DNA of 64,000 nt. Source: Thermoplasmatota archaeon. Lineage in GTDB: Archaea > Thermoplasmatota > Penumbrarchaeia > Penumbrarchaeales > Penumbrarchaeaceae. Below the pieces are notes generated by a model that was not told the DNA's origin, ran no database searches, and saw only the letters and a list, made by a program, of their open reading frames with translations. The DNA is taken from the NCBI GenBank assembly GCA_029762535.1, contig JARVGK010000015.1:20-64019 (forward strand), written 5' to 3'. Below are positions 48,059 through 57,800 of the stretch, one piece after another. The first letter of the stretch is position 1. Each line of letters starts with the position of its first letter. A program made the position numbers and the translations under genes.

Positions 48059-49066
48059 TCATCTATTCTTTCCATACCAATGTAGCAGCAATTCAATTGG
48101 GGTGGTGGCGAGAACCAGAAGTATCTCCATATCCTCTTCATTGTCCTCGGTGAGGGTAACTCCCCAGATCAATCTTGCATTGTCCTTTATCCGGGATCTG
48201 AGGAATTCGGTTGCTTCGAGTGAATCTTCCAGAGTAAGGTCCTTATGCGATATGACATGTATCATCGCCTTTCTAACGGTCGAAAGATCGATATCGCAAA
48301 GCGGATTTCCCAGCGCATTCCTTATGGAGGACCTGGACTTGTATCCGCCTGGTTGAGCGACCCCCCAGGTCATGATGAGAGCGGTGCCTCCTTTTGAGGT
48401 TATTAGGAGATCGGCAAGGTCCAGATTAACTATTCCGGATCGAAAGACCAGATCGCCGAGATGTCTTATCAGATGGGCCAGCTCGAGATACCTCCTTTCC
48501 CTGTACATGGTCGGAGAAAGACACACGACTCCATGGAAATGCCCACCAAGATCGAGTATCATGCGGTTCATATCCTCAAGTGCGCCAATATTCCTGAAAG
48601 TGCCTCTCTTGATCACCATGCACAGAGAGAAAGCACCCTTGGAAATACAAGATGAAGATAAAAAACTCACAGGCATTATGCTTTCCTTCGAGTCGCTATC
48701 GACGAAGCAGATGACCAGATCGCCCTCATAGATATGCTCAAGGGCATCGTTCACAAAAACTATCTCATGGTCCTTCAAGAGAACGGGTGATATCATGTTC
48801 CTTAATTGGCCTGAGGTGTGCGAACCACGGTTATCGGATATGGTGTTATTACCGATAAGGCCCTTATCACATTCGGATGATGTCGTTTCCATACAATCCG
48901 ACCAATCCTCTTCAGGCAGGCTTAGGGATATTGGGGTGCTCGGAGCATTAGAGCTCACGGCGACTATGCGGTGAGGTGAACCTTCGAGCATTGTAGATAT
49001 CTCGCCTATTAGGCGATCGGTCAAGGGGTTGAAAGATACGAGCACCATCCTTCTCAAAAGAAACAC
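48059..49066 (-). CDS. Divergent FtsZ/tubulin-family protein, GTP-binding motifs lost
   Basis: GIVNLDLADL (T7), ALGNPLCDIDLS, LTLEDS..A, ARLIWG; GGGTGTG position reads DSDSKES. Confidence 0.75.
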   Translation of the reverse strand: MFLLRRMVLVSFNPLTDRLIGEISTMLEGSPHRIVAVSSNAPSTPISLSLPEEDWSDCMETTSSECDKGLIGNNTISDNRGSHTSGQLRNMISPVLLKDHEIVFVNDALEHIYEGDLVICFVDSDSKESIMPVSFLSSSCISKGAFSLCMVIKRGTFRNIGALEDMNRMILDLGGHFHGVVCLSPTMYRERRYLELAHLIRHLGDLVFRSGIVNLDLADLLITSKGGTALIMTWGVAQPGGYKSRSSIRNALGNPLCDIDLSTVRKAMIHVISHKDLTLEDSLEATEFLRSRIKDNARLIWGVTLTEDNEEDMEILLVLATTPIELLLHWYGKNR

Positions 49067-51562
49067 CTACATCCATCTATCCAAAGTGGCGGTCATTTCT
49101 CCGGATGTTCTCTCATCCTTTTCCATTTTATTCTTGGTAACTTGATCCTTCGAACTTGTATCTGCGGTATCGTAACCATCGAACAAAGATGATTGGGATG
49201 AACCGGTTATGAGCCCTCTCTGATCCACGCCGAAAACCTCGGTAACCCTCGCAAGTGTGGATGCAAGTCTCTCGGAATAATATAGATAATCGGGTATATC
49301 AACGAACTCTCTCCCATCTATGTATGGTTCGACGATCTGCGGTGAGGCTCTTCCATCAACCACTACCCACGATACCTTCATCCCCGGAACTATCTCAATA
49401 CCCAGATCCCTGGCCTTTCTCAAGGCCTGAACGTTTGACATCGAATCGGGATTCTTGTATGCCTCCTCGATCCGATCCTCCTCCACTTCCTGGACTGAGC
49501 GGGATATGACAAGAGATGAGGTCTCGACATCCCCAGACCTGCATCTTCTGATGACCTCTCTGGCATAGGATAACCCCTCTTTGATATTACCGTCGAGTAT
49601 CATCTTGAAGAGATCGCTCAAGGATGTGGATTGCAGATCGAACGCATCGGTCCTTCTCATCTCGTAACCTCTGACGATCATATCTTCCGAGGGATAGACG
49701 GTCTTACCGACATATCTCTTCTTCTTTCCATGCGTGAAGAAAGAGGAGAACACCTTCTCGAACTCGAGCATGGAATATTCCCTTGAATGCTTCGAAGAGA
49801 GGTCTTTGCCGAAGGATACGGCCCCGTCGATGTCCTCGTAAGGAGACTTGATGAAGACCGAATCCGTGTCCGAATAGATGACATCGAGCCCTTCGTCAGA
49901 TAATGATGAGATCAACTTCAATATGGAATCCCTGGCGTATGCCGTGATGGATGCTCCTATGGCTCTATTCGTGAACCTGTAGAAATATGAGGCGAAAACT
50001 CCATAGAAGGAATTCATCAACACCTTCAACGCCTCCTGCAGACCGTTGTAATAATCCCTTTCGAAGGAAGATAGGGACCCTGACATCCTTGTCTTCGCAT
50101 CCTGTCTATCGTTCATCAGGCCCTGGAGTATCCTTGGTATCAATCCCCTATATTTTTTTGAAGAAAGGAAATGCACCCCCTCTATTATGGGACTCGATCC
50201 ATCAGAAGCACTATCGGTCAAAGTGGTGAAACAGATATTATGTTCGATCATAAGCGATGGGTACATCGAGCGGAAATCCAAAACGATGACCCATTTGTAT
50301 AGGCCGGGTTCCATTGAATGAACGTAAGCCCCTTCGATCTTGTCCGTTTTCGCCTCCTTTCTCGTAAGCGGTATACCGATATCCTCCCTGTCCGCTTTTC
50401 TGATGAGTATGGAATCTATCAAGACGCTGGTGGTCCCGGTCATGATCTCAAGCAGGGGAAGCATGGAAACGTATGATAGTGCCATGGCCCTCTTCACGCT
50501 TTGAGTCCTATCAAGTATCCTCAATGCTAGTTCGGCATCCTTCTTGCAGTATGCTATGACCTCGTCCTTTCTATCCTGCCACTCTTCTTCGATCCTCTGG
50601 GTATCTATCTCATCCTTGCCCTCTCCAAGTACCAACTGAGAGACTGCCTCGAGCGTCTCCTTTTTTGGCCTGAAAGCTTTCTTCGCCTCCCTCCAAGCAT
50701 CAACGACTATCCTTCCCTTGATCTTCCAGGTCCTATAGCCCACCTTTTCAATATCCGAGCCATCCCTTCCCATTATCATAGTGCCGGGACCATTTGTCTT
50801 TGCGCGTTTTTTGATATGAGGTATGTCATATCCATCGATATTGTAACCGGTTATAATATCCGGGTCCTGCTCGAGGACGATCTTGGATAGGTCATCGATG
50901 AGCCCTAACTCACGTTCGGCCAGATCGGGGACATCCTGTGATGATGCGACTATCGAGTTCGAGATCGGCCCTTCTTCCATATCCGGAAGCCACCCAACCG
51001 AATATCCGACCATATAGAGTTCGCCTGTCCTTATGGAGTTCTCGATATCAAAAGAAAGGACCTTTAGCTTGATCGGAAAAGGAACAACAGTGTCGATCCC
51101 CTTTATCATCATGACCGCATCGGTGTGATATCTGCCATCTGATATCATCTCCCCCTCCACTTCCACGTAACTACCGAGGTCAAGATCATAGTAGAACCTG
51201 TTAACGAAAGGTATGTCGGCGGCAAGGATCCTGAAACCCTCTTCCGACCATCTCTTTCTGTATGAGGGGACGTCATATGGGTATTTCACCACAACCTTTA
51301 GGCATTCATTCATTCGACCGTCCACCATGAGGTCCCTCTTTTCGGTATCGATGACAAGGGGGTCGTTTCCCAGCTCTTCGAACACTCTTTGATCCGGTGC
51401 GACGATGTAGAAATATGGAGAGAAATCCTCGTAAAGGCATGTGAGTGACCTGCCGTCCTCAGAGCGGCCGAAAAGCTCTATCACGACACCGTCGTCACAC
51501 CTTCTGTAATGGCCGCTTATGACCATAATTCTGACCTTCAACTCTCTCAACCCCTGGATCAA
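49067..51562 (-). CDS. polB: Family B DNA polymerase with intact 3'-5' exonuclease motifs
   Basis: FDIE, GYNIDGYD, YCKKD, DFRSMYPS, KVLMNSFYG, YSDTDS, KKRY. Confidence 0.95.
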   Translation of the reverse strand: MIQGLRELKVRIMVISGHYRRCDDGVVIELFGRSEDGRSLTCLYEDFSPYFYIVAPDQRVFEELGNDPLVIDTEKRDLMVDGRMNECLKVVVKYPYDVPSYRKRWSEEGFRILAADIPFVNRFYYDLDLGSYVEVEGEMISDGRYHTDAVMMIKGIDTVVPFPIKLKVLSFDIENSIRTGELYMVGYSVGWLPDMEEGPISNSIVASSQDVPDLAERELGLIDDLSKIVLEQDPDIITGYNIDGYDIPHIKKRAKTNGPGTMIMGRDGSDIEKVGYRTWKIKGRIVVDAWREAKKAFRPKKETLEAVSQLVLGEGKDEIDTQRIEEEWQDRKDEVIAYCKKDAELALRILDRTQSVKRAMALSYVSMLPLLEIMTGTTSVLIDSILIRKADREDIGIPLTRKEAKTDKIEGAYVHSMEPGLYKWVIVLDFRSMYPSLMIEHNICFTTLTDSASDGSSPIIEGVHFLSSKKYRGLIPRILQGLMNDRQDAKTRMSGSLSSFERDYYNGLQEALKVLMNSFYGVFASYFYRFTNRAIGASITAYARDSILKLISSLSDEGLDVIYSDTDSVFIKSPYEDIDGAVSFGKDLSSKHSREYSMLEFEKVFSSFFTHGKKKRYVGKTVYPSEDMIVRGYEMRRTDAFDLQSTSLSDLFKMILDGNIKEGLSYAREVIRRCRSGDVETSSLVISRSVQEVEEDRIEEAYKNPDSMSNVQALRKARDLGIEIVPGMKVSWVVVDGRASPQIVEPYIDGREFVDIPDYLYYSERLASTLARVTEVFGVDQRGLITGSSQSSLFDGYDTADTSSKDQVTKNKMEKDERTSGEMTATLDRWM

Positions 51563-52761
51563 GCGTTGGAATGGATCTTGATCACGTCTCCGTCATTTAT
51601 CTCATGATCAGAAGATATGGCCCTGTGTGTCCTGCAATCTATTGCCTTGATGAAATGTTCGCCAAGGTCCGTATGGACCCTGTAAGCAACATCCCTGGCG
51701 GTGGAACCCTGCCTCATAAGATGCACGTCCGGGAGTACTCTGCCGTCCTTATCCGTATACTTGTTCTCATCCTCGACAGGATATATCGTTATCTGGTCCA
51801 GTAGATCATAGGCAGCTTTCTCCAGAACGGTCAGCACGTTCGTCGATCCGAACCTATCGAGTATCTCCTCGATCCTCCCAAGCGCTTTGGTCTGAGCAAG
51901 GTTCAATCTTGAAGCATCGATCATTTTGAAATCGGGATCACCGGGACGATACTCGATAAGATCCGCATTGGAAGCCCTCCTCAATGCAAGTTCGGCCTCG
52001 GCACACGTGGGTATCACATCGTGGTCCTTGACCTTGGAGACGAACTCCTTGATCATCTCATCCGTGGCCGCATCAGCTTTATTCGCAGCGATTATCATTG
52101 GTTTGGAGTGCTTCCTCAATGAGGATGCGAACTCAAGCATCTGATCATCGGTCCATTTGGTGGGTTTTATTTGCAGGTCGAGTTTTTGAAGCGCATCGGT
52201 GATATGATGAAGTGTGATCCCCAGTCCGGTCAATTTTTCGTGAAGAAGCCTCTCGACCTTCTCGTGCTGGGATTCGCATTGTTTCGATATCCTATGCCAG
52301 TCCTTGTTTATGATGCCCAGGAACCAGTGATCTATCTCGTTCGTTAGGAAGTCCACGTCATCGAAGGGATCGTGACCGCATAATTCCACCGGATTCCCTT
52401 CGAGGTCGGTGGATCCGGAAACATCGACAACATGGACGAGGGCATGGGCCTGCCTGAGATCGTCCAGGAACTGATTTCCAAGTCCTTTGCCGCAGTGGGC
52501 GTCGGGTACCAACCCGGCAACGTCAAGCAATTCGACAGGAATGTATCTTACACCATCTATGCACTTGGCATTCCTGGGAGAGCAGGTCACGTTCAGGTCA
52601 AGATGAGGGCATCTACCTCGTATGAAACCCATCCCGTGATTGGCCTTGATCGTCGTGAAAGGATAGTTCGCGATCTCGGCCCCTGCGAGGGTCGAGGCCT
52701 CGTAAAGGGTCGATTTTCCAACATTGGGCTTTCCTACGAGACCTATTTCCAAACCGATCAC
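51559..52761 (-). CDS. ychF: Obg-family YchF-like NTPase (archaeal type)
   Basis: GKPNVGKST, NYPFTTI, DVAGLVP, GLGNQFLDD, NKAD, C-terminal TGS. Confidence 0.9.
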   Translation of the reverse strand: MIGLEIGLVGKPNVGKSTLYEASTLAGAEIANYPFTTIKANHGMGFIRGRCPHLDLNVTCSPRNAKCIDGVRYIPVELLDVAGLVPDAHCGKGLGNQFLDDLRQAHALVHVVDVSGSTDLEGNPVELCGHDPFDDVDFLTNEIDHWFLGIINKDWHRISKQCESQHEKVERLLHEKLTGLGITLHHITDALQKLDLQIKPTKWTDDQMLEFASSLRKHSKPMIIAANKADAATDEMIKEFVSKVKDHDVIPTCAEAELALRRASNADLIEYRPGDPDFKMIDASRLNLAQTKALGRIEEILDRFGSTNVLTVLEKAAYDLLDQITIYPVEDENKYTDKDGRVLPDVHLMRQGSTARDVAYRVHTDLGEHFIKAIDCRTHRAISSDHEINDGDVIKIHSNA

Positions 52762-52801
52762 CCCCTGGAAAAGGGAAGGGCTAGGGAATGGGGTATTCTT
52801 T

Positions 52802-53749
52802 CTATATAGTTTCTCCCGAGGCGAATAACCTGAAGCTATTGCTGTCCAGATGTACGAGACCCATGATCCCTCCTTTTATGATCGAGAACGGCGATTCGAA
52901 CTCGAGGGCCAGGTCCACTCGACCGTCTCCCCGGAGTGAAGCTTGCTTCACCTCACAGGGAGAGAACTGTAATCCGTGATGCGCATGGAACCTCATACCC
53001 GATTCTATATTCTCCTTCCATAGGGGTGATACCCTCATCCTGGTCGTCAGGATAGAGCCTGAAATGAAATGGGATCTTTCATCGGTGAGTATCGTTCCTC
53101 TTTTCAATTGTTCGGGGTCGATGTTCTTCAAGGCGAGTCCCACCCGAGAACCCATAGGGGCCTCTTTCACATCCTTGTCATGGATCTGTATGGACCTAAT
53201 TTGGGTGTCGATGCCGCTCTGGAGGACTATGACCTCCTGATGCTTCATCACTGTCCCGGACATGACGAAACCCAAAACCACGCATCCGATCCCCTTCACG
53301 TTGAATGATTGATCAACCACTACGTTCAAAGGACCTTCAGAGGATTTAATGGAAGGATCGAACAATCTTTCCCTCATTATCGCAGGATCGGATTCGAAGG
53401 GAGGATAATCCCTCACAACGTTGCCATTGAGTACCTTTTTCAGCAGATCCCTGTCGATCCCATTGCCGACACTTATGAAACCGTTCTTCTTCCCCATGAG
53501 GTCGAGGGATATCAGAACTTCTGCCGTGTTCCTGTTGAGATCGTTAATGAAAAGGTAGACCTCTTCACCCAGATAGATAGAGAAGAGGAGAGACCAGATC
53601 TTTTCTGGGAACTTGGAAGGTTGGATTATCGAAACGATGGCATCATCCCTCTTAAGAGCATAAGTGGAAAAGGACGTATCAGAACCCAACTTGCCGATGG
53701 AGGATGACCATTCATGAGGGCCTATGGCACACACTATCCGATGGGACAT
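52802..53749 (-). CDS. Archaeal SelB-like / EF-Tu-like protein with degenerate G domain
   Basis: VDQSFNVKGIGCVVLG, IRSIQIHD, RVGLALKN, LKRG; no GxxxxGK motif. Confidence 0.8.
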   Translation of the reverse strand: MSHRIVCAIGPHEWSSSIGKLGSDTSFSTYALKRDDAIVSIIQPSKFPEKIWSLLFSIYLGEEVYLFINDLNRNTAEVLISLDLMGKKNGFISVGNGIDRDLLKKVLNGNVVRDYPPFESDPAIMRERLFDPSIKSSEGPLNVVVDQSFNVKGIGCVVLGFVMSGTVMKHQEVIVLQSGIDTQIRSIQIHDKDVKEAPMGSRVGLALKNIDPEQLKRGTILTDERSHFISGSILTTRMRVSPLWKENIESGMRFHAHHGLQFSPCEVKQASLRGDGRVDLALEFESPFSIIKGGIMGLVHLDSNSFRLFASGETI

Positions 53750-53842
53750 AACGGTGCAGATATCCATCAGATAAAATACTTGGTATCCCTCGAACCCATG
53801 GACCTCGGGATCTCAACAGATGCGGACTCTGTTCCTGTATGT

Positions 53843-54121
53843 TCAGATATCCTCTTCCTTTCTCTTGTCGTGGTCGATTATCTCTTCCGTGACGATATCG
53901 AAGGTGTTCACCCCTCTGTCCCAGACAGGCTTTCCGGCATCCTCCCAATGTGGACCGGTGGATACCAAAGTGTCCTCGAAAGTCCTTTCAGCTGGTCTTT
54001 TTTCATCTGGGGAGACCATAAAGGAGATCTCCTCGGATGATCCGAACTCCTCCACCTTCACGTCTTCGGGCTTCTTCTCGACCTTCTTAAGAAGGAAGGG
54101 ATTTTCTTCTTCTTCCGGCAT
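53843..54121 (-). CDS. Small acidic hypothetical protein
   Basis: GGAGG RBS, TATA-like sequence upstream, E/K/D-rich. Confidence 0.5.
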   Translation of the reverse strand: MPEEEENPFLLKKVEKKPEDVKVEEFGSSEEISFMVSPDEKRPAERTFEDTLVSTGPHWEDAGKPVWDRGVNTFDIVTEEIIDHDKRKEEDI

Positions 54122-54282
54122 GATGGCCCTCCAACGGTGTACATGACATTGGTAACTATTTAATACTTGTCATTACCTAAAAACCTCAACCGGATACCGC
54201 AATACTCCAGTAGAAAGCATCATATAAGGACATCTGTCTCATAAGGAAATTAATATAAAACAACTCGTCAATGTACTGAACG

Positions 54283-54705
54283 ATGAGATGTTCGGTCCTC
54301 ATAGCTCTTCTTCTATTGACATCCGGGATAATGGGCATGGTCGTATCTTCCTTTAATGGACGGATCGAGGTCATAATTCTATTGATAGTGCCCGTTCTAA
54401 TTCTCAGAGGAGCCATACCGATCCTCTCCTTACTATCGGTTGTCATCGGTGCATCACTCCTAGTTTACATCGCAATAAAACGTTATCTTTATAATATGGG
54501 GCCCATGAAAAGAACGCCAAGAGGATCCAAAGATATGGAACAATATGGAGGAGTGCTGTTCATAGGCCCTTTCCCGATCCTCTTTGGAAACATGGTCAGA
54601 TATCCCAAATGGCATATAACAGGGCTGGTAATCATGATCATCACGGTCTTGGGTATGATAGCGATCCTGATGTTGCTGGCTATGACGCCGCCTTGGGCTG
54701 GGTGA
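54283..54705 (+). CDS. DUF131/TIGR00304-like small membrane protein
   Basis: GGVLFIGPFPILFG plus hydrophobic helices. Confidence 0.75.
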   Translation: MRCSVLIALLLLTSGIMGMVVSSFNGRIEVIILLIVPVLILRGAIPILSLLSVVIGASLLVYIAIKRYLYNMGPMKRTPRGSKDMEQYGGVLFIGPFPILFGNMVRYPKWHITGLVIMIITVLGMIAILMLLAMTPPWAG

Positions 54706-54753
54706 TCCCTGGTGAACAGGCGCCAATCCCTTAAATAGCAGGAAAAGCGGATA

Positions 54754-54768
54754 GGAAAAAATATATAA
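54754..54768 (+). promoter_or_regulatory. BRE/TATA promoter of the large surface protein gene
   Basis: GGAAAAA-ATATATAA; AGGAGGT RBS before ATG 54836. Confidence 0.55.
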
Positions 54769-54835
54769 GCATAGTCCGGGTTTTATGGACAGGAGCAAGT
54801 TCAGTTCAGATAGAGGTTCCATAAGGAGGTATAAC

Positions 54836-57800
54836 ATGAGAAAGGTCATTCTGGTATCAGGGTTGATGTTGATCATGCTCGCCGCATCGTTCATGGTGCT
54901 CGGGGATGCCAATAAGAAGATAGACAACAGTTCATTCACTATGTCAACCCCTGGGGGTTTGGTCAACGTCTCGACGGCCGAAGTGAATTTCGAGGATACT
55001 CTCTTCAACAACTCGGCCAACCTGTTCGTTTACAACAATGCGACATATGATATGGTGAAGATGAAGCTGACTGCGGGACCATCCCGGGACGGCATATATC
55101 CTTCGAACGTAAGAGTGGACCTTGACAACAACGGAAGGCCGGAATACGTTTTCGGGGGGGCTGGCACTGGACAATGGGGCAATCAGACCCTGATGTTCGA
55201 CAGAAATTACGCTGTGAGATCCCAGATCGATTTTCTCCCTTCAGCGGAAGGCGACCTGATGTACCTGAAGCTTCCTAGCAGCGCAGATGTCAAGAGCATA
55301 GAGTTCGAAATCGAGCATCCAACAGAAGCGGTTTACAAGAACATACTCGTGAACCAGAACCTCCCAGGAGTATACATGGATTACGGTTACATGTACTTCT
55401 ACGATTATGGATATTCAGCAGGCGGAGGTTACAGTTATGGATATATGTATTATTATATGAACTATTTCAAATACATTCAGACATCTTATCTCATGTCTTC
55501 AAATCACATGGGATATAATTATGTTCCATCGTCATATTACAGCCATTACATTTATGGAAATCCATTTTACAACTACTACATAAGGTGGGATGAGACCAAC
55601 CAGGACCTCGTCGTCCCTCCCGGAGCGAACCTGATGGAATACACGATGGTTTGGCCCGTAAGGCAGTACAGATATTCCAACAGCAATTACGGATACTCCT
55701 GGACCAACGATTCCAAACCGAATTATTACGCGGGCGAGAGGACCTACGGGCTCTACGAGGTCACCGGTGACTGGCCGGAGTACGGAGATGCGGGCGATTA
55801 TTCGTACAAATACCAGTCAGGGGATCGATGGTACGCCTACAACAGGCAGTACGTAAACCCTTACTCGAACGCGTCTAGGGATTCATACATGGACGATCTA
55901 CTTCCACCAAGCAACAACACCCCATTCTCGACTTACAAGGTGGATGAGAACTGGGGGACAAGCACGTACAACGATATAACCGACATGTCCTTTGACCTCT
56001 ATCCCATCGTGAGGGATTGGATCGACGGAGTGAAGGATAACAATGGGTTGTATATCAACACATATAAGACCCCCTATTCGACCTACCCGCATTGGGGCGG
56101 AAATTACTGTTTGTACAACAACAACTATCCATCCTCGGGATTCAGCGCAAAAAGGGATCGGAACAATGGATATTTCTACTATCATGGTCAATTCATCAAC
56201 CCACTTTATTCATCCAACAGCGGATGGGATTACATGAAACCCAGGCTCGTCCTCGGATTCTCTCTGGATTCGATGAATCCATGGGTGGATGTTGGCGATG
56301 ACGGCGTTCAGGATTATTCTCATCCGGGGAAACTCGAAGGGAGCATGTCCTTATCAGGATATCAGGCGCCCATCAACAACTATCTCAGGTCGAACTTCCC
56401 GGACATGGTCGATGATTATGGGAACGAATGGACATACGTACCGATAAGGATAGGGGCTGACTCCGCCGGAAAGGTCATAGTCAAGAATATGACCGTCAAA
56501 TACGACTACGAAGCGGACTTATATTATAATCCCTCCAAGGGAAACCTTCTGAACGAGCTGAACTCCGTCGTACCAAAGACGGAGGAAGGGCACACGATTC
56601 TCAACATCAATGTGACCTCGAACACAAAAGGCAAGGTCATGTTCAAAGACCTCGAGATGACAGGGATGAGACCTAACTACAGGCCGAAGCTTATCGAGGA
56701 GATCCCCGATATAGAGGTGGATGAGGGCGTAGAGAACGACATGTTCCTTGCAATTTCCGATCATTTCATGGACGAGGAACAGGGATCCAACACACTGCAA
56801 TACTATGTGAAGAAGAACAGCATGCCGGGCAAGGTGGATATATTCTTCACGACCGCTGCGGCAAGGGCGGACAAAGTATATATGGGGATCTCGACCGCTA
56901 ACGATCCGAACTGGTTCGGGGATGTCGTGGTCCAGATAGCTGCTTTGGACGAAGGAGGCAAGGAGACCCTGACGAACGAGTTCACAATAACCATATTGCC
57001 TGTGAACGACGAGCCAGAATTGGTCAAGGAACTTCCCGTCATATCGGCTATGGAGGGTATCGACGACATTCAGATCGAATACATTGCCCCTAGTGGCAGG
57101 GACACCGCGAACGGTAAATGGAGCGCGATCTTCCATGGAAGGGGAACCGACTACTTTATGGATGTGGAAGGGGAGCGTATCTTCCTTGATTTCGCATTGT
57201 TGGGTCCTGAAATGGATGAGCAGACGTTGATAACGACGGATCCCAACGGTTTTAGGTACTATGCCGGTGAAAGGAACCAGGTCACATTGACCGTTCTTCC
57301 ACCCGAATATACCGATGATCCTGACAATTACGTTGTACTGATCGGGTCCCACAGCGATTACAGCTCGGATCAGGGCATGTACTATCTAGCCATATATGCA
57401 TCGGACAATGCCGATGAGATCAATACTCAATCGATGTTCGTCCTGCCAATTAATATCGTCCCGGTAAACGATGCACCGTACGTGATCGACATACCCGATA
57501 TCAGGATGCGAGAAGATGAGATTTATGTGTCGAACTTCAACTTCGTGGAATCATACATTTTCGATGTGGACACCCCGAGGGAAGAACTGCTCGTGACCCT
57601 TAGATCGAGGGATGAAAAGGTAGATGTCCTTCTGGAAGACCAGAAGCTCCATATCATTCCTGAGGAAAACTACAACGGGATCGTATATGTCGACGTGGAG
57701 GTTTTCGATGGTGAGCTCACAACGGAGTCCTCCTTCCGCGTACTGATCGAGAGCATTAACGATAAACCAACGCTTGTCGTAACGAATCTCTACGATGGCA

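Noticed and set aside
53750-53845. TGA readthrough (selenocysteine) joining the small acidic ORF to the SelB-like gene in the same frame
   Set aside because: Needs two TGA readthroughs, no SECIS or Sec machinery seen, and a TATA-like element sits about 24 nt before ATG 53749
55370-56260. Diversity-generating retroelement target
   Set aside because: No reverse transcriptase or template repeat in the window, and the region is not a C-terminal CLec-type variable repeat
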